A stretch of DNA of 64,000 nucleotides from positions 21,266,001 through 21,330,000 of the forward strand of contig OZ059895.1 of NCBI GenBank assembly GCA_964057225.1. Direction: 5' to 3'. The DNA is from Auanema rhodensis (Eukaryota > Animalia > Nematoda). The notes beneath the pieces were generated by a model. It had not been told where the DNA came from, ran no database searches, and saw only the letters and a list, made by a program, of their open reading frames with translations. The position numbers and the translations under genes were made by a program. Shown here one piece after another: positions 51,501 to 64,000 of this stretch; position 1 is the stretch's first letter; the number at the start of each line of letters is the position of its first letter.

Positions 51501-54500
51501 CTTGGTATGTAACTTGCTTCACGTGAAAGATAAAGGGATGCGGTTTTCAAAATTAGATTCCCCATGTCCATATTAGTCTAAAAACAAATTTTTGTTGATA
51601 TTGGTGGATGGTAACCATGACTTTGAAATTTACATGAACTTTAATTTATGCTAATTAAGTGTACACGTGATGTGCACTCGGTATGTAACTCGCTTCACGT
51701 GAAATATGAAGAGATGCGGTTTTCAAAATTAGATTCCCCATGTCCATATTAGTCTAAAAACAAATTTTTATTGATATTGGTGCATGGCAACCATGACTTT
51801 AAAATTTACGTGAACTTTAATTTATGCTAATTAAGTGTACACATGATGTGCACTTGGTATGTAACTCGCTTCACGTGAAAGATAAAGAGATGCGGTTTTC
51901 AAAATTAGATTCCCCATTTTCATATTAGTCTAAAAACAATAATTTATTGATATTGGTGCATGGCAACCATGACTTTAAAATTTACGTGAACTTTAATTTA
52001 TGCTAATTAAGTGTACACATGATGTGCACTTGGTATGTAACTCGCTTCACGTCAAAGATAAAGAGATGCGGTTTTCAAAATTAGATTCCCCATGTCCATA
52101 TTAGTCTAAAAACAAATTTTTATTGATATTGGTGCATGGCAACCATGACTTTGAAATTTACGTGAACTTTAATTTATGCTTATTAAGTTTACACGTGATG
52201 TGCACTTGGTATGTAACTTGCTTCACGTGAAAGATAAAGGGATACGGTTTTCAAAATTAGATTCCCCATGTCCATATTAGTCTAAAAACAAATTTTTGTT
52301 GATATTGGTGGATGGTAACCATGACTTTGTAATTTACGTGAACTTTAATTTATGCTAATTAAGTGTACACGTGATGTGCACTTGGTATGTAACTTGCTTC
52401 ACGTGAAAGATAAAGGGATGCGGTTTTCAAAATTAGATTCCCCATTTCCATATTAGTCTAAAAACAATATTTTATTGATATTGGTGCATGGCAACCATGA
52501 CTTTAAAATTTACGTGAACTTTAATTTATGCTAATTAAGTGTACACATGATGTGCACTTGGTATGTAACTCGCTTCACGTCAAAGATAAAGAGATGCGGT
52601 TTTCAAAATTAGATTCCCCATGTCCATATTAGTCTAAAAACAAATTTTTGTTGATATTGGTGCATGGCAACCATGACTTTAAAATTTACGTGAACTTTAA
52701 TTTATGCTAATTAAGTGTACACATGATGTGCACTTGGTATGTAACTCGCTTCACGTGAAAGATAAAGAGATGCGGTTTTCAAAATTAGATTCCCCATTTC
52801 CATATTAGTCTAAAAACAATATTTTATTGATATTGGTGCATGGCAACCATGACTTTAAAATTTACGTGAACTTTAATTTATGCTAATTAAGTGTACACAT
52901 GATGTGCACTTGGTATGTAACTCGCTTCACGTCAAAGATAAAGAGATGCGGTTTTCAAAATTAGATTCCCCATGTCCATATTAGTCCAAAAACAAATTTT
53001 TGTTGATATTGGTGGATGGTAACCATGACTTTGAAATTTACGTGAACTTTAATTTATGCTAATTAAGTGTACACATGATGTGCGCTTGGTATGTAACTTG
53101 CTTCACGTGAAAGATAAAGGGATGCGGTTTTCAAAATTAGATTCCCCATGTCCATATTAGTCTAAAAACAAATTTTTGTTGATATTGGTGCATGGCAACC
53201 ATGACTTTGAAATTTACGTGAACTTTAATTTATGCTAATTAAGTGTACACATGATGTGCACTTGGTATGTAACTCGCTTCACGTGAAAGATAAAGAGATG
53301 CGGTTTTCAAAATTAGATTCCCCATTTTCATATTAGTCTAAAAACAATAATTTATTGATATTGGTGCATGGCAACCATGACTTTAAAATTTACGTGAACT
53401 TTAATTTATGCTAATTAAGTGTACACATGATGTGCACTTGGTATGTAACTCGCTTCACGTCAAAGATAAAGAGATGCGGTTTTCAAAATTAGATTCCCCA
53501 TGTCCATATTAGTCTAAAAACAAATTTTTATTGATATTGGTGCATGGCAACCATGACTTTGAAATTTACGTGAACTTTAATTTATGCTAATTAAGTGTAC
53601 ACATGATGTGCACTTGGTATGTAACTCGCTTCACGTCAAAGATAAAGAGATGCGGTTTTCAAAATTAGATTCCCCATGTCCATATTAGTCTAAAAACAAA
53701 TTTTTGTTGATATTGGTGAATGGTAACCATGACTTTGAAATTTACGTGAACTTTAATTTATGCTAATTAAGTGTACACATGATGTGCGCTTGGTATGTAA
53801 CTTGCTTCACGTGAAAGATAAAGGGATGCGGTTTTCAAAATTAGATTCCCCATGTCCATATTAGCCTAAAAACAAATTTTTGTTGATATTGGTGGATGGT
53901 AACCATGACTTTGAAATTTACGTGAACTTTAATTTATGCTAATTAAGTGTACACGTGATGTGCACTCGGTATGTAACTCGCTTCACGTGAAATATGAAGA
54001 GATGCGGTTTTCAAAATTAGATTCCCCATGTCCATATTAGTCTAAAAACAAATTTTTATTGATATTGGTGCATGGCAACCATGACTTTAAAATTTACGTG
54101 AACTTTAATTTATGCTAATTAAGTGTACACATGATGTGCACTTGGTATGTAACTCGCTTCACGTGAAATATGAAGAGATGCGGTTTTCAAAATTAGATTC
54201 CCCATGTCCATATTAGTCTAAAAACAAATTTTTGTTGATATTGGTGAATGGTAACCATGACTTTGAAATTTACGTGATCTTTAATTTATGCTAATTAAGT
54301 GTACACATGATGTGCACTTGGTATGTAACTCGCTTCACGTCAAAGATAAAGAGATGCGGTTTTCAAAATTAGATTCCCCATGTCCATATTAGTCTAAAAA
54401 CAAATTTTTGTTGATATTGGTGAATGGTAACCATGACTTTGAAATTTACGTGAACTTTAATTTATGCTAATTAAGTGTACACATGATGTGCGCTTGGTAT

Positions 54501-57500
54501 GTAACTTGCTTCACGTGAAAGATAAAGGGATGCGGTTTTCAAAATTAGATTCCCCATGTCCATATTAGTCTAAAAACAAATTTTTGTTGATATTGGTGGA
54601 TGGTAACCATGACTTTGAAATTTACATGAACTTTAATTTATGCTAATTAAGTGTACACGTGATGTGCACTCGGTATGTAACTCGCTTCACGTGAAATATG
54701 AAGAGATGCGGTTTTCAAAATTAGATTCCCCATTTCCATATTAGTCTAAAAACAAATTTTTATTGATATTGGTGCATGGCAACCATGACTTTAAAATTTA
54801 CGTGAACTTTAATTTATGCTAATTAAGTGTACACATGATGTGCACTTGGTATGTAACTCGCTTCACGTCAAAGATAAAGAGATGCGGTTTTCAAAATTAG
54901 ATTCCCCATGTCCATATTAGTCCAAAAACAAATTTTTATTAATATTGGTGCTTGGTAACCATGACTTTGAAATTTACGTGAACTTTAATCTATGCTAATT
55001 AAGTGAACACATGATGTGCACTTGGTATGTAACTCGCTTCACGTGAAAGATAGAGAGATGCGGTTTTCAAAATAGATTCCCCCATGTCCATATTAGTCTA
55101 AAAACAAATTTTTGTTGATATTGGTGCATGGCAACCATGACTTTAAAATTTACGTGAACTTTAATTTATGCTAATTAAGTGTACACATGATGTGCACTTG
55201 GTATGTAACTCGCTTCACGTGAAAGATAAAGAGATGCGGTTTTCAAAATTAGATTCCCCATTTCCATATTAGTCTAAAAACAATATTTTATTGATATTGG
55301 TGCATGGCAACCATGACTTTAAAATTTACGTGAACTTTAATTTATGCTAATTAAGTGTACACATGATGTGCACTTGGTATGTAACTCGCTTCACGTCAAA
55401 GATAAAGAGATGCGGTTTTCAAAATTAGATTCCCCATGTCCATATTAGTCTAAAAACAAATTTTTGTTGATATTGGTGGATGGTAACCATGACTTTGAAA
55501 TTTACGTGAACTTTAATTTATGCTAATTAAGTGTACACATGATGTGCGCTTGGTATGTAACTTGCTTCACGTGAAAGATAAAGGGATGCGGTTTTCAAAA
55601 TTAGATTCCCCATGTCCATATTAGTCTAAAAACAAATTTTTGTTGATATTGGTGCATGGCAACCATGACTTTAAAATTTACGTGAACTTTAATTTATGCT
55701 AATTAAGTGTACACATGATGTGCACTTGGTATGTAACTCGCTTCACGTGAAAGATAAAGAGATGCAGTTTTCAAAATTAGATTCCCCATGTCCATATTAG
55801 TCTAAAAACAAATTTTTGTTGATATTGGTGAATGGTAACCATGACTTTGAAATTTACGTGAACTTTAATTTATGCTAATTAAGTGTACACATGATGTGCG
55901 CTTGGTATGTAACTTGCTTCACGTGAAAGATAAAGGGATGCGGTTTTCAAAATTAGATTCCCCATGTCCATATTAGTCTAAAAACAAATTTTTGTTGATA
56001 TTGGTGCATGGCAACCATGACTTTGAAATTTACGTGAACTTTAATTTATGCTAATTAAGTGTACACATGATGTGCACTTGCTATGTAACTCGCTTCACGT
56101 GAAAGATAAAGAGATGCGGTTTTCAAAATTAGATTCCCCATTTTCATATTAGTCTAAAAACAATAATTTATTGATATTGGTGCATGGCAACCATGACTTT
56201 AAAATTTACGTGAACTTTAATTTATGCTAATTAAGTGTACACATGATGTGCACTTGGTATGTAACTCGCTTCACGTCAAAGATAAAGAGATGCGGTTTTC
56301 AAAATTAGATTCCCCATGTCCATATTAGTCTAAAAACAAATTTTTATTGATATTGGTGCATGGCAACCATGACTTTGAAATTTACGTGAACTTTAATTTA
56401 TGCTAATTAAGTGTACACATGATGTGCACTTGGTATGTAACTCGCTTCACGTCAAAGATAAAGAGATGCGGTTTTCAAAATTAGATTCCCCATTTTCATA
56501 TTAGTCTAAAAACAATAATTTATTGATATTGGTGCATGGCAACCATGACTTTAAAATTTACGTGAACTTTAATTTATGCTAATTAAGTGTACACATGATG
56601 TGCACTTGGTATGTAACTCGCTTCACGTCAAAGATAAAGAGATGCGGTTTTCAAAATTAGATTCCCCATGTCCATATTAGTCTAAAAACAAATTTTTATT
56701 GATATTGGTGCATGGCAACCATGACTTTGAAATTTACGTGAACTTTAATTTATGCTAATTAAGTGTACACATGATGTGCACTTGGTATGTAACTCGCTTC
56801 ACGTTAAAGATAAAGAGATGCGGTTTTCAAAATTTGATTCCCCATGTCCATATTAGTCTAAAAACAAATTTTTGTTGATATTGGTGAATGGTAACCATGA
56901 CTTTGAAATTTACGTGAACTTTAATTTTTGCTAATTAAGTGTACACATGATGTGCGCTTGGTATGTAACTTGCTTCACGTGAAAGATAAAGGGATGCGGT
57001 TTTCAAAATTAGATTCCCCATGTCCATATTAGTCTAAAAACAAATTTTTGTTGATATTGGTGGATGGTAACCATGACTTTGAAATTTACGTGAACTTTAA
57101 TTTATGCTAATTAAGTGTACACGTGATGTGCACTCGGTATGTAACTCGCTTCACGTGAAATATGAAGAGATGCGGTTTTCAAAATTAGATTCCCCATGTC
57201 CATATTAGTCTAAAAACAAATTTTTATTGATATTGGTGCATGGCAACCATGACTTTAAAATTTACGTGAACTTTAATTTATGCTAATTAAGTGTACACAT
57301 GATGTGCACTTGGTATGTAACTCGCTTCACGTGAAATATGAAGAGATGCGGTTTTCAAAATTAGATTCCCCATGTCCATATTAGTCTAAAAACAAATTTT
57401 TGTTGATATTGGTGAATGGTAACCATGACTTTGAAATTTACGTGAACTTTAATTTATGCTAATTAAGTGTACACATGATGTGCACTTGGTATGTAACTCG

Positions 57501-60500
57501 CTACACGTCAAAGATAAAGAGATGCGGTTTTCAAAATTAGATTCCCCATGTCCATATTAGTCTAAAAACAAATTTTTGTTGATATTGGTGGATGGTAACC
57601 ATGACTTTGTAATTTACGTGAACTTTAATTTATGCTAATTAAGTGTACACGTGATGTGCACTTGGTATGTAACTCGCTTCACGTCAAAGATAAAGAGATG
57701 CGGTTTTCAAAATTAGATTCCCCATGTCCATATTAGTCTAAAAACAAATTTTTATTGATATTGGTGCATGGCAACCATGACTTTGAAATTTACGTGAACT
57801 TTAATTTATGCTAATTAAGTGTACACATGATGTGCACTTGGTATGTAACTCGCTTCACGTCAAAGATAAAGAGATGCGGTTTTCAAAATTAGATTCCCCA
57901 TTTTCATATTAGTCTAAAAACAATAATTTATTGATATTGGTGCATGGCAACCATGACTTTAAAATTTACGTGAACTTTAATTTATGCTAATTAAGTGTAC
58001 ACATGATGTGCACTTGGTATGTAACTCGCTTCACGTCAAAGATAAAGAGATGCGGTTTTCAAAATTAGATTCCCCATGTCCATATTAGTCTAAAAACAAA
58101 TTTTTATTAATATTGGTGCATGGTAACCATGACTTTGAAATTTACGTGAACTTTAATTTATGCTAATTAAGTGTACACATGATGTGCGCTTGGTATGTAA
58201 CTTGCTTCACGTGAAAGATAAAGGGATGCGGTTTTCAAAATTAGATTCCCCATGTCCATATTAGTCTAAAAACAAATTTTTGTTGATATTGGTGGATGGT
58301 AACCATGACTTTGAAATTTACGTGAACTTTAATTTATGCTAATTAAGTGTACACGTGATGTGCACTCGGTATGTAACTCGCTTCACGTGAAATATGAAGA
58401 GATGCGGTTTTCAAAATTAGATTCCCCATGTCCATATTAGTCTAAAAACAAATTTTTATTGATATTGGTGCATGGCAACCATGACTTTAAAATTTACGTG
58501 AACTTTAATTTATGCTAATTAAGTGTACACATGATGTGCACTTGGTATGTAACTCGCTTCACGTGAAATATGAAGAGATGCGGTTTTCAAAATTAGATTC
58601 CCCATGTCCATATTAGTCTAAAAACAAATTTTTGTTGATATTGGTGAATGGTAACCATGACTTTGAAATTTACGTGAACTTTAATTTATGCTAATTAAGT
58701 GTACACATGATGTGCACTTGGTATGTAACTCGCTACACGTCAAAGATAAAGAGATGCGGTTTTCAAAATTAGATTCCCCATGTCCATATTAGTCTAAAAA
58801 CAAATTTTTGTTGATATTGGTGAATGGTAACCATGACTTTGAAATTTACGTGAACTTTAATTTATGCTAATTAAGTGTACACATGATGTGCGCTTGGTAT
58901 GTAACTTGCTTCACGTGAAAGATAAAGGGATGCGGTTTTCAAAATTAGATTCCCCATGTCCATATTAGTCTAAAACAAATTTTTGTTGATATTGGTGGAT
59001 GGTAACCATGACTTTGAAATTTACGTGAACTTTAATTTATGCTAATTAAGTGTACACGTGATGTGCACTCGGTATGTAACTCGCTTCACGTGAAATATGA
59101 AGAGATGCGGTTTTCAAAATTAGATTCCCCATGTCCATATTAGTCTAAAAACAAATTTTTATTGATATTGGTGCATGGCAACCATGACTTTAAAATTTAC
59201 GTGAACTTTAATTTATGCTAATTAAGTGTACACATGATGTGCACTTGGTATGTAACTCGCTTCACGTCAAAGATAAAGAGATGCGGTTTTCAAAATTAGA
59301 TTCCCCATGTCCATATTAGTCCAAAAACAAATTTTTATTAATATTGGTGCTTGGTAACCATGACTTTGAAATTTACGTGAACTTTAATTTATGCTAATTA
59401 AGTGAACACATGATGTGCACTTGGTATGTAACTCGCTTCACGTGAAAGATAGAGAGATGCGGTTTTCAAAATAGATTCCCCCATGTCCATATTAGTCTAA
59501 AAACGAATATTTATTGATATTGATTCATGGTAACCATGACTTTGAAAATTACGTGAACTTTAATTTATGCTTATTAAGTGTACACGTGATGTGCACTTGG
59601 TATGTAACTCGCTTCACGTGAAAGATAAAGGGATGCGGTTTTCAAAATTAGATTCCCCATGTCCATATTAGTCTAAAAACAAATTTTTATTAATATTGGT
59701 GCATGGTAACCATGACTTTGAAATTTACGTGAACTTTAATTTATGCTAATTAAGTGTACACATGATGTGCACTTGGTATGTAACTCGCTTCACGTCAAAG
59801 ATAAAGAGATGCGGTTTTCAAAATTAGATTCCCCATGTCCATATTAGTCTAAAAACAAATTTTTATTAATATTGGTGCATGGTAACCATGACTTTGAAAT
59901 TTACGTGAACTTTAATTTATGCTAATTAAGTGTACACATGATGTGCGCTTGGTATGTAACTCGCTTCACGTGAAAGATAAAGAGATGCGGTTTTCAAAAT
60001 TAGATTCCTCATGTCCATACTAGTCTAAAAACGAATTTTTATTGATATTGATGCATGGTAACCATGACTTTGAAATTTACGTGAACTTTAATTTATGCTT
60101 ATTAAGTGTACACGTGATGTGCACTTGGTATGTAACTTGCTTCACGTGAAAGATAAAGAGATACGGTTTTCAAAATTAGATTCCCCATGTCCATATTAGT
60201 CTAAAAACAAATTTTTGTTGATATTGGTGGATGGTAACCATGACTTTGTAATTTACGTGAACTTTAATTTATGCTAATTAAGTGTACACGTGATGTGCAC
60301 TTGGTATGTAACTTGCTTCACGTGAAAGATAAAGGGATGCGGTTTTCAAAATTAGATTCCCCATTTCCATATTAGTCTAAAAACAATATTTTATTGATAT
60401 TGGTGCATGGCAACCATGACTTTAAAATTTACGTGAACTTTAATTTATGCTAATTAAGTGTACACATGATGTGCACTTGGTATGTAACTCGCTTCACGTC

Positions 60501-63500
60501 AAAGATAAAGAGATGCGGTTTTCAAAATTAGATTCCCCATGTCCATATTAGTCTAAAAACAAATTTTTATTAATATTGGTGCATGGTAACCATGACTTTG
60601 AAATTTACGTGAACTTTAATTTATGCTAATTAAGTGTACACATGAAGTGCGCTTGGTATGTAACTCGCTTCACGTCAAAGATAAAGAGATGCGGTTTTCA
60701 AAATTAGATTCCCCATGTCCATATTAGTCTAAAAACAAATTTTTATTAATATTGGTGCATGGTAACCATGACTTTAAAATTTACGTGAACTTTAATTTAT
60801 GCTAATTAAGTGTACACATGATGTGCACTTGGTATGTAACTCGCTTCACGTCAAAGATAAAGAGATGCGGTTTTCAAAATTAGATTCCCCATGTCCATAT
60901 TAGTCTAAAAACAAATTTTTGTTGATATTGGTGGATGGTAACCATGACTTTGTAATTTACGTGAACTTTAATTTATGCTAATTAAGTGTACACATGATGT
61001 GCGCTTGGTATGTAACTCGCTTCACGTGAAAGATAAAGAGATGCGGTTTTCAAAATTAGATTCCTCATGTCCATACTAGTCTAAAAACGAATTTTTATTG
61101 ATATTGATGCATGGTAACCATGACTTTGAAATTTACGTGAACTTTAATTTATGCTTATTAAGTGTACACGTGATGTGCACTTGGTATGTAACTTGCTTCA
61201 CGTGAAAGATAAAGGGATACGGTTTTCAAAATTAGATTCCCCATGTCCATATTAGTCTAAAAACAAATTTTTGTTGATATTGGTGGATGGTAACCATGAC
61301 TTTGTAATTTACGTGAACTTTAATTTATGCTAATTAAGTGTACACGTGATGTGCACTTGGTATGTAACTTGCTTCACGTGAAAGATAAAGGGATGCGGTT
61401 TTCAAAATTAGATTCCCCATTTCCATATTAGTCTAAAAACAATATTTTATTGATATTGGTGCATGGCAACCATGACTTTAAAATTTACGTGAACTTTAAT
61501 TTATGCTAATTAAGTGTACACATGATGTGCACTTGGTATGTAACTCGCTTCACGTCAAAGATAAAGAGATGCGGTTTTCAAAATTAGATTCCCCATGTCC
61601 ATATTAGTCTAAAAACAAATTTTTATTAATATTGGTGCATGGTAACCATGACTTTGAAATTTACGTGAACTTTAATTTATGCTAATTAAGTGTACACATG
61701 AAGTGCGCTTGGTATGTAACTCGCTTCACGTGAAAGATAAAGAGATGCGGTTTTCAAAATTAGATTCCTCATATCCATACTAGTCTAAAAACGAATTTTT
61801 ATTGATATTGATGCATGGTAACCATGACTTTGAAATTTACGTGAACTTTAATTTATGCTTATTAAGTGTACACGTGATGTGCACTTGGTATGTAACTTGC
61901 TTCACGTGAAAGATAAAGGGATGCGGTTTTCAAAATTAGATTCCCCATGTCCATATTAGTCTAAAAACAAATTTTTATTAATATTGGTGCATGGTAACCA
62001 TGACTTTGAAATTTACGTGAACTTTAATTTATGCTAATTAAGTGTACACATGATGTGCGCTTGGTATGTAACTCGCTTCACGTGAAAGATAAAGAGATGC
62101 GGTTTTCAAAATTAGATTCCCCATTTCCATATTAGTCTAAAAACAAATTTTTATTGATATTGGTGGATGGTAACCATGACTTTGTAATTTACGTGAACTT
62201 TAATTTATGCTAATTAAGTGTACACATGATGTGCACTTGGTATGTAACTCGCTTCACGTCAAAGATAAAGAGATGCGGTTTTCAAAATTAGATTCCCCAT
62301 GTCCATATTAGTCTAAAAACAAATTTTTGTTGATATTGGTGGATGGTAACCATGACTTTGTAATTTACGTGAACTTTAATTTATGCTAATTAAGTGTACA
62401 CATGATGTGCGCTTGGTATGTAACTCGCTTCACGTGAAAGATAAAGAGATGCGGTTTTCAAAATTAGATTCCTCATGTCCATACTAGTCTAAAAACGAAT
62501 TTTTATTGATATTGATGCATGGTAACCATGACTTTGAAATTTACGTGAACTTTAATTTATGCTTATTAAGTGTACACGTGATGTGCACTTGGTATGTAAC
62601 TTGCTTCACGTGAAAGATAAAGGGATACGGTTTTCAAAATTAGATTCCCCATGTCCATATTAGTCTGAAAACAAATTTTTGTTGATATTGGTGGATGGTA
62701 ACCATGACTTTGTAATTTACGTGAACTTTAATTTATGCTAATTAAGTGTACACGTGATGTGCACTTGGTATGTAACTTGCTTCACGTGAAAGATAAAGGG
62801 ATGCGGTTTTCAAAATTAGATTCCCCATTTCCATATTAGTCTAAAAACAATATTTTATTGATATTGGTGCATGGCAACCATGACTTTAAAATTTACGTGA
62901 ACTTTAATTTATGCTAATTAAGTGTACACATGATGTGCACTTGGTATGTAACTCGCTTCACGTCAAAGATAAAGAGATGCGGTTTTCAAAATTAGATTCC
63001 CCATGTCCATATTAGTCTAAAAACAAATTTTTATTAATATTGGTGCATGGTAACCATGACTTTGAAATTTACGTGAACTTTAATTTATGCTAATTAAGTG
63101 TACACATGAAGTGCGCTTGGTATGTAACTCGCTTCACGTGAAAGATAAAGAGATGCGGTTTTCAAAATTAGATTCCTCATGTCCATACTAGTCTAAAAAC
63201 GAATTTTTATTGATATTGATGCATGGTAACCATGACTTTGAAATTTACGTGAACTTTAATTTATGCTTATTAAGTGTACACGTGATGTGCACTTGGTATG
63301 TAACTTGCTTCACGTGAAAGATAAAGGGATGCGGTTTTCAAAATTAGATTCCCCATGTCCATATTAGTCTAAAAACAAATTTTTGTTGATATTGGTGGAT
63401 GGTAACCATGACTTTGTAATTTACGTGAACTTTAATTTATGCTAATTAAGTGTACACGTGATGTGCACTTGGTATGTAACTTGCTTCACGTGAAAGATAA

Positions 63501-64000
63501 AGAGATGCGGTTTTCAAAATTAGATTCCCCATGTCCATATTAGTCTAAAAACAAATTTTTGTTGATATTGGTGGATGGTAACCATGACTTTAAAATTTAC
63601 GTGAACTTTAATTTATGCTAATTAAGTGTACACATGATGTGCACTCGGTATGTAACTCGCTTCACGTGAAAGATAAAGAGATGCGGTTTTCAAAATTAGA
63701 TTCCCCATGTCCATATTAGTCTAAAAACGAATTTTTATTGATATTGATGCATGGTAACCATGACTTTGAAATTTACGTGAACTTTAATTTATGCTTATTA
63801 AGTGTACACGTGATGTGCACTTGGTATGTAACTTGCTTCACGTGAAAGATAAAGGGATGCGGTTTTCAAAATTAGATTCCCCATGTCCATATTAGTCTAA
63901 AAACAAATTTTTATTAATATTGGTGCATGGTAACCATGACTTTGAAATTTACGTGAACTTTAATTTATGCTAATTAAGTGTACACATGATGTGCGCTTGG

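Larger units (their letters stand above)
2586..64000 (+). repeat. 176-bp AT-rich satellite DNA array, 349 complete head-to-tail monomers plus a partial one, continuing beyond the window
   Basis: Approximate consensus ATGCTAATTAAGTGTACACATGATGTGCACTTGGTATGTAACTCGCTTCACGTGAAAGATAAAGAGATGCGGTTTTCAAAATTAGATTCCCCATGTCCATATTAGTCTAAAAACAAATTTTTATTGATATTGGTGCATGGTAACCATGACTTTGAAATTTACGTGAACTTTAATTT (176 bp, 57 G+C). Phase check: 2586 to 36707 = 194x176-23; 36707 to 58883 = 126x176; 58883 to 63986 = 29x176-1. No inversion or foreign insertion seen. Confidence 0.99.

Noticed and set aside
2586-64000. CRISPR array or tandem RNA-gene cluster (5S, tRNA, SL RNA, snRNA)
   Set aside because: There are no unique spacers or cas genes, and the whole unit repeats. 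I saw no recognisable tRNA, 5S or SL1 sequence. The AATTTTTG Sm-like string is only in some variants. An Rfam/Infernal scan would be the formal test.
2586-64000. CENP-B box, telomeric repeats or HIM-8/ZIM TTGGC pairing-centre motifs
   Set aside because: No match to the canonical TTCG....A..CGGG box, no TTAGGC/TTAGGG runs, and the monomer has TTGGT rather than TTGGC.

Overview
Eukaryotic (animal; possibly nematode, inferred only) repetitive DNA in two parts. (1) 1-~2587 is the 5' portion of an apparently intact, young non-LTR retrotransposon (LINE, CR1-like) on the minus strand. It has an 18-bp CpG-rich 5' tandem repeat, a G-poor polypyrimidine 5' UTR, ORF1 (2277-1222, 351 aa) and an uninterrupted ORF2 frame (1262 to the window edge, 420 codons) that the ORF track misses and that encodes a complete AP-type endonuclease. 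ORF2 has no AUG upstream of or early in the endonuclease and lies in the +1 frame. ORF1 ends UUU_CGU_UAA, the +1 ribosomal frameshift signature known from influenza PA-X and amalgaviruses. This suggests an ORF1-ORF2 fusion made by programmed frameshifting, the most notable hypothesis in the window. (2) 2586-64000 is a head-to-tail, ~32% GC, 176-bp satellite: 349 complete monomers, highly homogeneous and rich in dyads and E-boxes. It shows nested local higher-order duplications (5- to 19-mers and longer) and position-restricted variant domains. The LINE 5' end joins the satellite at the centre of a CACGTG palindrome. I found no RNA genes, CRISPR arrays or host genes. The 60-aa ORFs in the array are satellite artefacts.
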